From positions 116,298 to 180,297 of the forward strand of contig JANQOU010000008.1 of NCBI GenBank assembly GCA_028285585.1: a DNA stretch of 64,000 nucleotides. The letters run 5' to 3'. The translations under genes and the position numbers were made by a program. Origin of the DNA: Acidimicrobiia bacterium. GTDB lineage: Bacteria; Actinomycetota; Acidimicrobiia; Spongiisociales; ZC4RG35. The notes under the pieces are model-generated. The model did no database searches. It saw only the letters and a list, made by a program, of their open reading frames with translations, and was not told where the DNA came from. Position 1 is the first letter of the stretch. Every line of letters begins with the position of its first letter. Shown here in pieces: positions 19,604-29,325 of the stretch.

Positions 19604-21753
19604 TCGTCTTCCTCCCTTTCATTGTTTTGTTGCTTTGGCTCACTCAACGACACCGACGACCAGGCCTCCGAACCCGCCTGGGGTTCTGACACCTGCCCGC
19701 CGGGGCCGTCGACGAGATGACAGGACACCCATCTGCGACTCTCGATCTCTCTCAACTGAGGCACCTCGACATCGCACAATCCGGGCACTGCAACGGGGCA
19801 CCGCGTGTTGAACCGGCAGCCGGCCGGAGGGTCGGCTGGGTCGGGAAGATCACCTACAAGAGGAGGAGCCAGTGCACCCCGGCCACTCGGGTCCGGATCG
19901 GGCACGGCGGCCAGAAGAGCTTTCGTGTAGGGGTGAAGAGGGTCGTCGTAGATGAGATCTCGCTTCGCTCTCTCCACGACCTGACCCAGATACATGACGG
20001 CGATCTCGTCGGAGATGTGACGAACCACCGCCAGGTCGTGAGCGATGAATATGAGCGCGATGCCACGCTCGTCCTGGGTCTCGCGCAGCAAGTTGATGAT
20101 CTGTGCCTGGACCGACACGTCCAGGGCCGACACCGGCTCGTCGCACACAATCACCTCGGGGTCGGCGGCCAGGGCGCGAGCAATGGCGATGCGCTGGCGC
20201 TGCCCACCACTGAACTCGTGAGGGTGCCGGGTAGCTGCGTCATCAGGCAGGCCAACCTGAGCCAGCAGCTTCAGAGAGGTGTCCAGCCGGTCTTCTGCAC
20301 TGCCGATCCCGTGGATCCGCATCGGCTCGCTGATGATGTCAGCCACCCGCATGCCAGGATTCATGGAAGAGAAGGGGTCCTGGAAGATCATCTGGATCTT
20401 CTGTCGATGAAGCCCGCGCGACGTGTCGAGCGGCTCGCCTCGAAGCTGAATCGCCGGCGCCACCGGCTCCACGAGCCCAACGAGGGCTCGCCCGAGCGTC
20501 GACTTCCCACATCCACTCTCACCGACCACGCCCAACGTTTGACCGTGCTTGATCTCGAGATCCACACCGTCGACAGCCCGGACGTACGAGTGCCTGTTCT
20601 TCCTGCTCTTGCGACGAGACGGGAAATGCACCTTCAAGTCGCTGATCGTCACCACGGTCTCAGAGGTCGACCCAGACTCGGTCAGCTCCGTCACATCCAT
20701 GGGCCAAAGATCTTCAGCCGACCCCATGCTCGACACGTGGAGGCAAGCTGAGGCATGTCCCGAGCCTCCCACCGGCTCGAGGTCCGGCAGGCTGCCAGTG
20801 CAGTCGCCTTCGGTCATCGGGCATCTGGCATGGAAAGGACAGCCGACGAGTTGCTCGAGTATCGGCGCAGGTGTGCCCGGTATCTCTGGCAGCTGAGCGT
20901 CGGTGGGGGTGTCGAGGCTGGGTATCGAGCGCAACAGCCCGGCCGTGTAAGGATGACTCGCCGCTGCGTAGACATCCGTTGAGTCACCGGTTTCCATCAC
21001 ACGACCGCCATACATCACAACAACACGATCGGCCAGCTCCGCAACCACCCCGAGATCGTGTGTGATCCACACCACGGCCATGCCCAACTCGTCTTTCAGC
21101 TCCTCGACGAGAGAGACGATCTGACGCTGGACCGTGACGTCCAGGGCAGTGGTCGGCTCATCGGCGATCAACAACTTGGGGTCACAGACCAGCGCCATGG
21201 CGATCATGGCCCGCTGACGCATGCCGCCGGAGAACTCGTGGGGATAGTCACGCGCCCGACGCTGAGCGTTGGGGATGCCAACCCGGTCGAGCAGATCGAC
21301 GGCGCGCTTCATCGCCTCTTTGCGATTGGTGTCCCGGTGAAGCCGGAACGCCTCCGCTATCTGCTTGCCTACAGGGTGGACCGGGTTCAAAGAAGACATG
21401 GGATCTTGGAAGACCATCCCAATGTCCCCGCCCCTGATAGCGCTGAACTCCCGCTTCGAGAGCCCAGAAAGCTCCTGCCCGTCGAATCGAATTGAGCCGC
21501 TGACGACAGCAGGCGGCGTGGGCACGAGCCCCATCACCGAGAGCATCGAGACGCTCTTGCCGGAGCCAGACTCCCCAACAAGGGCCAGCACCTCCCCGGC
21601 CCCGACTTCGAGGTCTATGCCGTTGACCGCCCAAACGTCGCGATCCGGCGTCTCGAAGCGCACTGCGAGATTGCTGATGTCGAGCAGTGGAGCGCGCACA
21701 GATCCGGCACCGCCGGTGCGATCGCTCGTCGAGTCCGGGTAGGTGATTGTCAC
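19600..21753 (-). CDS. Fused double ATPase of the ABC transporter (DppD-DppF type)
   Basis: Two Walker A (GESGSGKS, GESGCGKS), two LSGGQ-type signatures (FSGGMRQR, FSGGQRQR). GTG start overlaps CDF stop (GTGA). Confidence 0.9.
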   Translation of the reverse strand: MTITYPDSTSDRTGGAGSVRAPLLDISNLAVRFETPDRDVWAVNGIDLEVGAGEVLALVGESGSGKSVSMLSVMGLVPTPPAVVSGSIRFDGQELSGLSKREFSAIRGGDIGMVFQDPMSSLNPVHPVGKQIAEAFRLHRDTNRKEAMKRAVDLLDRVGIPNAQRRARDYPHEFSGGMRQRAMIAMALVCDPKLLIADEPTTALDVTVQRQIVSLVEELKDELGMAVVWITHDLGVVAELADRVVVMYGGRVMETGDSTDVYAAASHPYTAGLLRSIPSLDTPTDAQLPEIPGTPAPILEQLVGCPFHARCPMTEGDCTGSLPDLEPVGGSGHASACLHVSSMGSAEDLWPMDVTELTESGSTSETVVTISDLKVHFPSRRKSRKNRHSYVRAVDGVDLEIKHGQTLGVVGESGCGKSTLGRALVGLVEPVAPAIQLRGEPLDTSRGLHRQKIQMIFQDPFSSMNPGMRVADIISEPMRIHGIGSAEDRLDTSLKLLAQVGLPDDAATRHPHEFSGGQRQRIAIARALAADPEVIVCDEPVSALDVSVQAQIINLLRETQDERGIALIFIAHDLAVVRHISDEIAVMYLGQVVERAKRDLIYDDPLHPYTKALLAAVPDPDPSGRGALAPPLVGDLPDPADPPAGCRFNTRCPVAVPGLCDVEVPQLREIESRRWVSCHLVDGPGGQVSEPQAGSEAWSSVSLSEPKQQNNEREEDE

Positions 21754-23006
21754 GGCTTGGGGGGCGGTCGGTCGGATTCCAACATGGTCATCTGTCTAGT
21801 CACCGAGTGGTAATGCTCGAGACCATCGGGGTCGACATGGACCATGACATCCTCGAGCTGCCGTATCGAATCGAAGAGCTTCTGTGTCACAGCGTCTGCA
21901 ATCAGATGGCCCTCCGAGACACTCAGGTCCGGGTCAACCGTGACCTGGAGACTCGCATCGAGGCGATGACCGACCCACCGAACACGAACGCCTTCCACCG
22001 AACGAACGCCCTCCACGGAGGCAGCCGCGTTTTCGACGGCGTCAACCGTCTCGGGCTCGACACCGTCCATGAGACGGCGGAACACGCGTTGGGTGGCGTC
22101 CTTGAGCACGAACAGGATGGCCACTGTTATAAGAAGGCCGACGATGGGATCGGCCTGCGGGAAGCCCATCCACACCCCCAGTGCTCCGAACACGACAGCG
22201 AGAGAGGTCAGGCCGTCGGTCCGGGCGTGCTGGCCATCGGCGATCAAGGCAGCAGAATTGATCTGCCGCCCTACCCGAATCCGGTAGACAGCGACCAGTT
22301 CGTTGCCGATGAACCCGATCACTCCGGCCGCGGCGACCAAGCCAAGATTCTCGATCTCCTGTGGGTTGGCAAGTCGTTGGATGGACTCCCACCCGGCGAG
22401 GATCGCCGAAAACGCGATCATCAGCACGATGAACAGCCCAGAGAGATCCTCTGCCCGCCTATACCCGTAGGTGTAAGAGCGAGTGGCCAGTCTTCGGCCC
22501 AAAACGAAGGCGATCCACAACGGGATCGATGTCAGGGCGTCGGAGAAGTTGTGGATCGTGTCGGCAAGAAGGGCGACTGAGCCGGACAGGGCCACGATCA
22601 GCACCTGGAGGATCGCCGTCGCCATCAGGGCGACAAGGGAGATCTTGACAGCGCGTATGCCCTTGTCCGAGCTCTCGAGGGCCGAATCTATGGAGTCGGC
22701 TGCGTCGTGACTGTGCGGGTTGTAGAGAGACTTGAGCGCACCACGCAACCCTTTGGGATGGTCGTGGTCATGGTCATGGTCGTGATGATGACCATGGTCA
22801 TGGTCATGAGCATTCGAGCTGGCTGAGCCGCTCGTGTGCTCGCCGACAGCTCGGTCCGGCCGGGAGGTCTTCGGTTCCCGCGAGTTCGAGTCGTTCTGGG
22901 TCAAGTTCGGTATCCTCAGTTGACGGTGCCCTAGATATTTGGGAGCATATGTCAGATATATCAGAGGTGTCAACCTGATATGCCAAGTTTCAGCAGAATC
23001 CTTCAC
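21750..23006 (-). CDS. Cation diffusion facilitator (CDF) transporter with His/Asp-rich N-terminus
   Basis: CDF TM core and C-terminal domain; HDHDHGHHHDHDHDHDH tract. Start uncertain: TTG at 22904 with GAGGA 8 nt upstream would avoid overlap with the divergent gntR. Confidence 0.85.
   Translation of the reverse strand: MKDSAETWHIRLTPLIYLTYAPKYLGHRQLRIPNLTQNDSNSREPKTSRPDRAVGEHTSGSASSNAHDHDHGHHHDHDHDHDHPKGLRGALKSLYNPHSHDAADSIDSALESSDKGIRAVKISLVALMATAILQVLIVALSGSVALLADTIHNFSDALTSIPLWIAFVLGRRLATRSYTYGYRRAEDLSGLFIVLMIAFSAILAGWESIQRLANPQEIENLGLVAAAGVIGFIGNELVAVYRIRVGRQINSAALIADGQHARTDGLTSLAVVFGALGVWMGFPQADPIVGLLITVAILFVLKDATQRVFRRLMDGVEPETVDAVENAAASVEGVRSVEGVRVRWVGHRLDASLQVTVDPDLSVSEGHLIADAVTQKLFDSIRQLEDVMVHVDPDGLEHYHSVTRQMTMLESDRPPPKP
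22757..22810. repeat. Low-complexity catggt(c/g) repeat encoding the (HD)n tract
   Basis: atggtcgtggtcatggtcatggtcgtgatgatgaccatggtcatggtcatg, partly self-complementary. Confidence 0.8.
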
Positions 23007-23720
23007 GACGCTTCCGACGAAGCCCCTTCAGCTACAGGCAGGGCCTATCGAACCATCAAAGGTGAAATTCTCAAATGCGAGCTGCCGCCGGGTGCACAGA
23101 TATACGAAGGGGAAACGGCGGAACGCCTCGAGATGAGCAAGACCCCGGTACGTGAAGCGCTCGGCATGCTGGTCCACGAGGGGTTCGTGGAGGTTCGACC
23201 CAGACAGGGCTATCGGGTCGCCGACATCACAATCTCCGACGTGCAAGAGGTGTTCCAAATGAGACACCTCCTCGAGCCCGCCGCCGCAGAGCTGGCCGCC
23301 GAGCGAGCTTCCCCCGAACAGCTCCAGGAGCTGCGGTCCCTAGTGGAGGAGAACAGAGGCGACTCGTTCGACGAACGGGTTGCCTCGATCACCAGGTTCC
23401 ACGAGGTGCTGGCGGATGCCTCAGGCAACTACCGGCTGGCCGGAACCCTGAGGAATCTCCTGGAAGAGGTGCAGCGACTCCTCTACTTCGGCCTCGATCT
23501 TGGCGACATGATCAACATCCACGGTGCCGAGCACCGGGAACTGCTCGACGCCCTGCTCAAGGGAAACCATCACCTCGCCCGAGAGATAGCCACCCGTCAG
23601 GTCGAAGAAAGCCGTCTCCGGTTCTTCGAGGCCATCCTTCAATCCCTCACCGATGCGAACTCGATCGCCGGCAACATCGTCCTCCAGCCCCTCACCAACG
23701 GCCAAGCACCGGCCAACTGA
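22980..23720 (+). CDS. GntR-family transcriptional regulator (FCD subfamily)
   Basis: wHTH (ETAERLEMSKTPVREALGMLVHEGFV) plus FCD-like C-domain; divergent from CDF gene. Confidence 0.9.
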   Translation: MPSFSRILHDASDEAPSATGRAYRTIKGEILKCELPPGAQIYEGETAERLEMSKTPVREALGMLVHEGFVEVRPRQGYRVADITISDVQEVFQMRHLLEPAAAELAAERASPEQLQELRSLVEENRGDSFDERVASITRFHEVLADASGNYRLAGTLRNLLEEVQRLLYFGLDLGDMINIHGAEHRELLDALLKGNHHLAREIATRQVEESRLRFFEAILQSLTDANSIAGNIVLQPLTNGQAPAN

Positions 23721-23754
23721 CACTCAAGGGCCGAGTGGCCTAGAGCAGAGACCT

Positions 23755-24537
23755 TCAGTCGAAGATCTTGGCCGCCGAGGACTCCAGCTCCGCCACTCCA
23801 GCTCGCACCTCATCCTCCGACTGGCCGATCGCATGTACCGCCATCTGATACGGCGAGTCGGCAGAGATCTCCAGCGTCAACGTCCCCGGAGCAAAACTGG
23901 TGGCATTGGCATCGAAGAACGCGACTGATTCAACGCGCGTCTTGAGGTCACAAACGACGAGCGTCTCCTCGAGCTCGTCATCGGGCACCGTCAGCACCTG
24001 CTGTGCCATGCGCACGTTGGCACGCACCAAACTCAGGAGATATCGGACCAGCGACGCTACGGCTCCAAGCGGCCTGATGTGAGCCGTCTCACGAGCCGGA
24101 GCCAACAGAGCCAGCACAAACCCGATGCCAAGCCCGGCAACAACGTTGGCGAGGGAAAGGTCGCGCCACAAGACAACCCAGATCACGGCAGCCTCGAAGA
24201 CGAGGGACCAATTGCGCCTCTTTCCTGACACGGATTGCGGAGCGCCTTCCCCGGCGTCGAAGCTCGATGACACCGGGCTCAAGGCCCGCCCCAACAGATG
24301 ACCGGCTATCGGCGCAGTGAGGAACTGGAGGACTGCGACGAGTGCACCAGTTGCGGCCAGGCCCCAGGACCCTGAAGCGACTCCGGCACCGATCGCGATG
24401 AGGGCGAGGCCCAAGGAGGCGGGTTTTGCCGCGGCGTGAACTCGAGCCAGACCCGACGGAAGACGCACCAGGCCAAACCCGGCGATGAACGCCAGAGTGG
24501 CACCCAGCAGCATCAGGGCGGATCCCAAGAAAGTCAT
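23755..24537 (-). CDS. Mrp/Mnh antiporter subunit G fused to subunit E
   Basis: N-terminal ~110 aa resemble MnhG (GLVRLPSGLARVHAAAKPASLG...). C-terminal ~150 aa resemble MnhE (...SFAPGTLTLEI..., cf. family block TLTPGT). Confidence 0.75.
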   Translation of the reverse strand: MTFLGSALMLLGATLAFIAGFGLVRLPSGLARVHAAAKPASLGLALIAIGAGVASGSWGLAATGALVAVLQFLTAPIAGHLLGRALSPVSSSFDAGEGAPQSVSGKRRNWSLVFEAAVIWVVLWRDLSLANVVAGLGIGFVLALLAPARETAHIRPLGAVASLVRYLLSLVRANVRMAQQVLTVPDDELEETLVVCDLKTRVESVAFFDANATSFAPGTLTLEISADSPYQMAVHAIGQSEDEVRAGVAELESSAAKIFD

Positions 24538-24809
24538 GTCTCATCCCCGGAACGCCACTCGGCGTACCTGGCCACGGCCGCCGTGGCGACGAACGCAACC
24601 AAGCCAACGGCGATTAGCAGCGGTGTGAACACCTCGTCTCCGGTCCGGGCCCCGTAGGCAGCCATGCCGGACGCGATGGCCAGTAGAACAACGTCCAGGG
24701 CGTTGGCCCGGTCGGCCAGCGTTGGGCCGACGACCACGCGGAACAGCGCGGCCAGTGCGGCAAGCCCAACCATCACCTCAACCACGACGAGCACGACATC
24801 CACGGTCAT
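24534..24809 (-). CDS. mrpF: Mrp/Mnh antiporter subunit F
   Basis: 91 aa, three TM segments, MrpF-like (GPTLADRANALDV). Confidence 0.8.
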   Translation of the reverse strand: MTVDVVLVVVEVMVGLAALAALFRVVVGPTLADRANALDVVLLAIASGMAAYGARTGDEVFTPLLIAVGLVAFVATAAVARYAEWRSGDET

Positions 24810-26251
24810 CCACCTCCCGTTGCGGCAGCAAGCAAGGTCTGAGCCGCGTTTGAAGCGACATCGAACAGAGGCCGCGCGAACAGCGCAACGGCCAGACTCA
24901 GCAGAGCCATTGATCCGGTGACGAGACGCATGCCACGGCGAGCCCCCGGGCCGTCACCGACCTGATCCCCCCAGAAGACACCGGTCCAGATCTTCATCAT
25001 CGAGAAGAGGGTCAGAAGACTCACCAGGATGGCGACAGCAGCCACTCCGAATTGGTCTGTCGTGAGGCTTTCCTGGATCAATGCAAACTTGACCACGAAC
25101 CCACCCAGCGGTGGGACTCCGGCAAGACTGAGACCGAAGAGCGCAAATGCCGCGGCCAGCCAAGGACGTTTCCTCACGAGCCCGGAGCCTGCATCGAGGT
25201 CGGACCCGCCAACCTCGGCTTCGATCTCACCCGCGACCAGGAACAGGCCCGTCTTCACGATGATGTGATTCACCATGTAGGCGAGCCCTGCCGTGAGGCC
25301 AGCAAGAGTGAGCAGGCCGAGACCCATGATCATGTACCCGATCTGGCTGACGATGTGGAAGCTGAGAATTCGCTTGACATCGCGTTGAGCAAGGGCGCCG
25401 AGAACCCCAAAGAACATGGTGGCCGAGGCAACGGCAAGCAGCAACGGTTGGTCGGCATCGAACATCGTGGTTTGGGTTCGGTAGATGGCATAAACGCCCA
25501 CCTTGGTGAGAAGACCGGCGAAGAGGGCGGTCACTGGTGACGGGGCGGTCGGATACGAGTCCGGAAGCCACATGAAGAGAGGGAACAGGGCCGACTTGAT
25601 CCCGAAGACCACAATCGTCAGAGCAGAGAGCACTGGAAGAAGACCAGGGCTCTCGGTTCGCAACACCGCTGCGATCTGCCCCATCTCGAGAGTGCCCGAG
25701 GCGGCGTAGGCGAACGCTATGGCCACCAAGAACAGGACAGATGCGACGAGATTCACCACCACGTAGCTGATCGTCGATCTCACCTGACGAGTGCCGGATC
25801 TCACGGTCAGCAGCGTGTAGCTGGCGATCAGGGTCAACTCGAAGCCGACGAAGAGATTGAACAGATCGGTTGTGGAGAGCGAGAGCGCCACACCGGCGGT
25901 CAGGGCCAGGTACTTCGGGTGAAACCACCAGTCGAGGACATCCCTGCCCAACTGCGACATCGAGTAGAGCAGGACGGCGAGACCGACCAGCGTGGCGACG
26001 CTGAGCATCAACCCTGACATCCCGTCGACGAAGAGAGAGATCCCCACACCTTCCGGCCAGCCTCCGATCCGAGCGCTCAGAGGAGTGCCCGCATTCGCCT
26101 CGGCCAAAGCAAGCAGGGAGATGACAAAGACCGCTGTTACAGATGTGACTGCAATGGCTCGCTGCACGAAGAGCCTGCGATGAGCAACTGCTGAAATGGC
26201 TGCGCCTAGCAAAGGCACAGCCACCAGAAGGGGAAGCCATTGGCCACTCAC
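24806..26251 (-). CDS. mrpD: Mrp/Mnh antiporter subunit D (NuoN/NuoM-like)
   Basis: 481 aa proton-conducting membrane subunit family. Confidence 0.9.
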   Translation of the reverse strand: MSGQWLPLLVAVPLLGAAISAVAHRRLFVQRAIAVTSVTAVFVISLLALAEANAGTPLSARIGGWPEGVGISLFVDGMSGLMLSVATLVGLAVLLYSMSQLGRDVLDWWFHPKYLALTAGVALSLSTTDLFNLFVGFELTLIASYTLLTVRSGTRQVRSTISYVVVNLVASVLFLVAIAFAYAASGTLEMGQIAAVLRTESPGLLPVLSALTIVVFGIKSALFPLFMWLPDSYPTAPSPVTALFAGLLTKVGVYAIYRTQTTMFDADQPLLLAVASATMFFGVLGALAQRDVKRILSFHIVSQIGYMIMGLGLLTLAGLTAGLAYMVNHIIVKTGLFLVAGEIEAEVGGSDLDAGSGLVRKRPWLAAAFALFGLSLAGVPPLGGFVVKFALIQESLTTDQFGVAAVAILVSLLTLFSMMKIWTGVFWGDQVGDGPGARRGMRLVTGSMALLSLAVALFARPLFDVASNAAQTLLAAATGGG

Positions 26252-26610
26252 GATTGCTCCCCGCTTGACGCTGATGCGATGCGCCTGTCTTCGAAGTCGT
26301 CTTCGACGAAGTCATCTGACGTGGCGGCCCAAGTCCTCACCGCCAGGGCGAGGAGAAACGCCGTGACGGCAAAAGCTATGACGATCGCGGTCAAGATCAA
26401 GGCCTGCGGTAACGGGTCCGACACCGGGCCCTCGCGACCGTCGACAAGCGGTGCCGAGCCCAGTCGCGCCGAAGCGTTGAGCAGCATCAAGTTGACGCCA
26501 TGGGCCAACATCCCCAGACCCACGAGGACCCGGGTCAGGTTCCGTTGAAGCAGGAGGTAGGCACCCACGGCGAACAGAACTCCGATGGCCGTGACGAGCG
26601 CCAGGCTCAT
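26248..26610 (-). CDS. mrpC: Mrp/Mnh antiporter subunit C (NuoK-like)
   Basis: 120 aa, three TM segments, NuoK-like. Confidence 0.85.
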   Translation of the reverse strand: MSLALVTAIGVLFAVGAYLLLQRNLTRVLVGLGMLAHGVNLMLLNASARLGSAPLVDGREGPVSDPLPQALILTAIVIAFAVTAFLLALAVRTWAATSDDFVEDDFEDRRIASASSGEQS

Positions 26611-29261
26611 GTGGCTTCCATCCCTCTGATAGCGCCGGCCACCGACCCAAGCACCGTGATTGCCACGCCTGCATCGAAGAGCAGCGGAGTCACGAGCTTG
26701 ATCTCACCCAAAGGACCGCCATTGATGCTCCACGAGGCCGACGCCAAGAAAGCGTCTGCCCAAGCGAGCCCGCCGAGGCCGGTGACAACGGCAACAGCCA
26801 GTCCTATGCCGATGAGCATCGACGGCTCGACACGCAAGGCTCGCCGCACTCCAACTGCACCTGAAGACAGCCAGACGATCACCAGCCACCCACTCGCCAC
26901 AAGCCCCGCAGCGAACCCACCGCCGGGCTGGTTGTGCCCTGCAAGCAACAAGTACAAGGCAAAAACGAGAAGGAGTGGGTTGACGATCGCAGCGCCCCTG
27001 TCGAGTATCGGTGAGCGTCGGACGGCAAAGGCGCTGCCACCGACGATCTGACCCAAGGGCCTGACCAGAGCCATGACGCCAAGCGAGGCGATCCCCAACA
27101 CAGCTATCTCTCCCAACGTGTCCAAGGCGCGAAAGTCGACGAGCGTGACGTTCACCACGTTGGCACCCGCGGCTTCGGGGACGGACAGCGCGAGATGGGT
27201 GTCGGAGACCGGGCTCGGGCTGGCCGATCCCGGCACCAGGGCGACGACCACTGCGAATGCCCCTACCAGAACCGCCACCAGACCCTTCCAAGGCACGAAG
27301 ACCAGTCTCCCCGAGAACTGGAGGGGTAGGACGCGAAGCGCCAATGCGAACAAAGTGACCACAAGTGTCTCCACCAGCACCTGGGTGATCGCGACGTCCG
27401 GAGCCCCGGCCAGCGCGAACAGGGCTGACATCGCATAGCCAACCGCTCCCAACAGCAGGACCGCCGACATCCGCCGACGGACACGCAGCAACGCAAGCGA
27501 AGCTGCCACCAGGAAGACGACGATCACCCATTCGATGACCCCGCCGACAGGCGGCACCGGCAACGCTCCGTTCCTGACCAGAGCCGGGAGCGGGACAACA
27601 ACCGCCACCAGGAGAATCTGCCCCAGATAGACGGGAAGGGATCCATTTTGGATGATCGAGGTGACGCGCTCGGCCAGAAGCTGCATTCGCTCAATGCCCC
27701 GGTCAAACTGCTGCGCACTGCCCTGGGCAGGGTCAGGCCTCCGCAAGGACCACATGCCGAGGCCCAGTCCCAGCGCCAAGCCCAGCAACGACAGGCCGAA
27801 GGCCGGCACCAGACCCGGCCAGATGACGAGCTTTGGTGGGCTGGCCTGTCCGACGAGGGCCACAGCGGCGTCACCTTCGACACCAGCAAGGATTCCGGGG
27901 GCCAGACCGAGTGCGATGCCCGCGAGTGTCAGGACCAACACCGGCCCGAGAAGGCCCCGGTCTGAGCGCGGGCGTTCGCCGGCTCGTTTGTCGGCAAAGA
28001 GGGAAGCCGCGAAACGGACCGAATAGGCGACGGTCAACGCCGACAACAAGGCGACAAGCCAACCCGACAAAGAGGACTCACCCAGGTAAGCCTCGAGGGC
28101 CACTTCCTTCGACGCGAATCCCAACGTGAGCGGAACCGCGGCCATCGAAGCAACACCGGCCAAGACGGCGATCGCCACGAGGGGGCGGCTTCGCCCGACG
28201 TGACCGAGCTGACGGAGGTCCCGAGTCCCTTCCGAAACCTCGATGACGCCAACTGTGAGGAAGAGGGCCGACTTGTAGAGAGCGTGAGCCACCAAGACGG
28301 CAAGCCCGGCAACGACGAGTGTGGGCACTCCGGAGCCGACCGCAGCAAACATCAAGCCGAGTGCGCTCACCGTGCCGAAGGCGAGCAACAGCTTCAGATC
28401 GACCTGACGGAGCGCCTTCACCGCGCCGTAGAGCATCGTCACCAGGCCGACGGTGGTGACAACCGGCACCCACCAGCCCACGTCGCCTGCTCCTGGCCCC
28501 AACCTGCCGAGAAGGACGATCCCAGCCTTGACCATGGTCGCCGAGTGGAGAAATGCAGACGCCGGTGTAGGTGCTGCCATCGCCGCGGGCAGCCAGCCAC
28601 TGAAAGGGAACTGCGCAGACTTGGTCATGGCACCGATCAACACCAAGACCCACGCCGCGCCGCCTATTGGAGCAGCGGCGACTATCGACTCGATCGAGGT
28701 CGACCCAGCCTCTTCTGCCAAGAGAATCAGTCCGGCGAGCATGGCGAGACCCCCGGCTCCTGTGACGAGCGCTGCCTGTCGAGCTGACCTCCGCGCTGCC
28801 TCCGACTGATGCTGATGCCCGATCAGGAGGTACGAGGTGAAAGTGGTTGCCTCCCAGAAGATGAACAGGGTCAACACGTCTGAGCCGAGTACCAGCCCTG
28901 CCATCGACGCCGCAAAAGCAAGCGTCGTAGCAACGAAACGGCCGGTCCCCGCCTTGCCTCTCTGGTATCTGGCTGTGAATGCCAAGACGAACACGCCAAT
29001 CACGCCAATGATCACGAGGAACAAGGCACTGAAGGCGTCGAGCGTGAACTCAAACCCGAGCCCCAAGTCGGGGACCCACTGGAACCCGGCCTTTTGCTGG
29101 TCGAAATCGAACAGGGCGACGAGGGCAAAGCCCGAAACGGCAGCCGCAGCGAGCCATGCCGACCGGTGGGCGGTGCGCGGAGCTAAGCGCTCCCACACAA
29201 GAACGGCCGCTATCGCAGCGAGAACGACCAGGAAGACGACGGCGAGAGCTATGCCGAGCAT
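26607..29261 (-). CDS. mrpA: Mrp/Mnh antiporter subunit A with fused B domain
   Basis: 884 aa: NuoL-like N-terminal part plus MnhB-like C-terminal TM region (group-2 Mrp architecture). Confidence 0.9.
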   Translation of the reverse strand: MLGIALAVVFLVVLAAIAAVLVWERLAPRTAHRSAWLAAAAVSGFALVALFDFDQQKAGFQWVPDLGLGFEFTLDAFSALFLVIIGVIGVFVLAFTARYQRGKAGTGRFVATTLAFAASMAGLVLGSDVLTLFIFWEATTFTSYLLIGHQHQSEAARRSARQAALVTGAGGLAMLAGLILLAEEAGSTSIESIVAAAPIGGAAWVLVLIGAMTKSAQFPFSGWLPAAMAAPTPASAFLHSATMVKAGIVLLGRLGPGAGDVGWWVPVVTTVGLVTMLYGAVKALRQVDLKLLLAFGTVSALGLMFAAVGSGVPTLVVAGLAVLVAHALYKSALFLTVGVIEVSEGTRDLRQLGHVGRSRPLVAIAVLAGVASMAAVPLTLGFASKEVALEAYLGESSLSGWLVALLSALTVAYSVRFAASLFADKRAGERPRSDRGLLGPVLVLTLAGIALGLAPGILAGVEGDAAVALVGQASPPKLVIWPGLVPAFGLSLLGLALGLGLGMWSLRRPDPAQGSAQQFDRGIERMQLLAERVTSIIQNGSLPVYLGQILLVAVVVPLPALVRNGALPVPPVGGVIEWVIVVFLVAASLALLRVRRRMSAVLLLGAVGYAMSALFALAGAPDVAITQVLVETLVVTLFALALRVLPLQFSGRLVFVPWKGLVAVLVGAFAVVVALVPGSASPSPVSDTHLALSVPEAAGANVVNVTLVDFRALDTLGEIAVLGIASLGVMALVRPLGQIVGGSAFAVRRSPILDRGAAIVNPLLLVFALYLLLAGHNQPGGGFAAGLVASGWLVIVWLSSGAVGVRRALRVEPSMLIGIGLAVAVVTGLGGLAWADAFLASASWSINGGPLGEIKLVTPLLFDAGVAITVLGSVAGAIRGMEAT

Positions 29262-29325
29262 CGGGTGTGGCGGCGGGTCACCGCCGAATCATGCCACTGG
29301 ACACACTTTGCTTGGCCCCGTTGGG

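Noticed and set aside
22905-22979. Operator for the second GntR regulator in the CDF/gntR divergent region
   Set aside because: It contains GATATATC and GTTGAC...GTCAAC symmetry but has no match to the GTATAC motif and no second copy to compare. This is too weak to call.
25227-28653. Long alternative-frame ORFs inside mrpD/mrpA (e.g. 25227..26315, 26704..27531, 28078..28653)
   Set aside because: They give Arg/Gly/Pro-rich translations overlapping well-supported membrane-subunit genes, so they are shadow ORFs.
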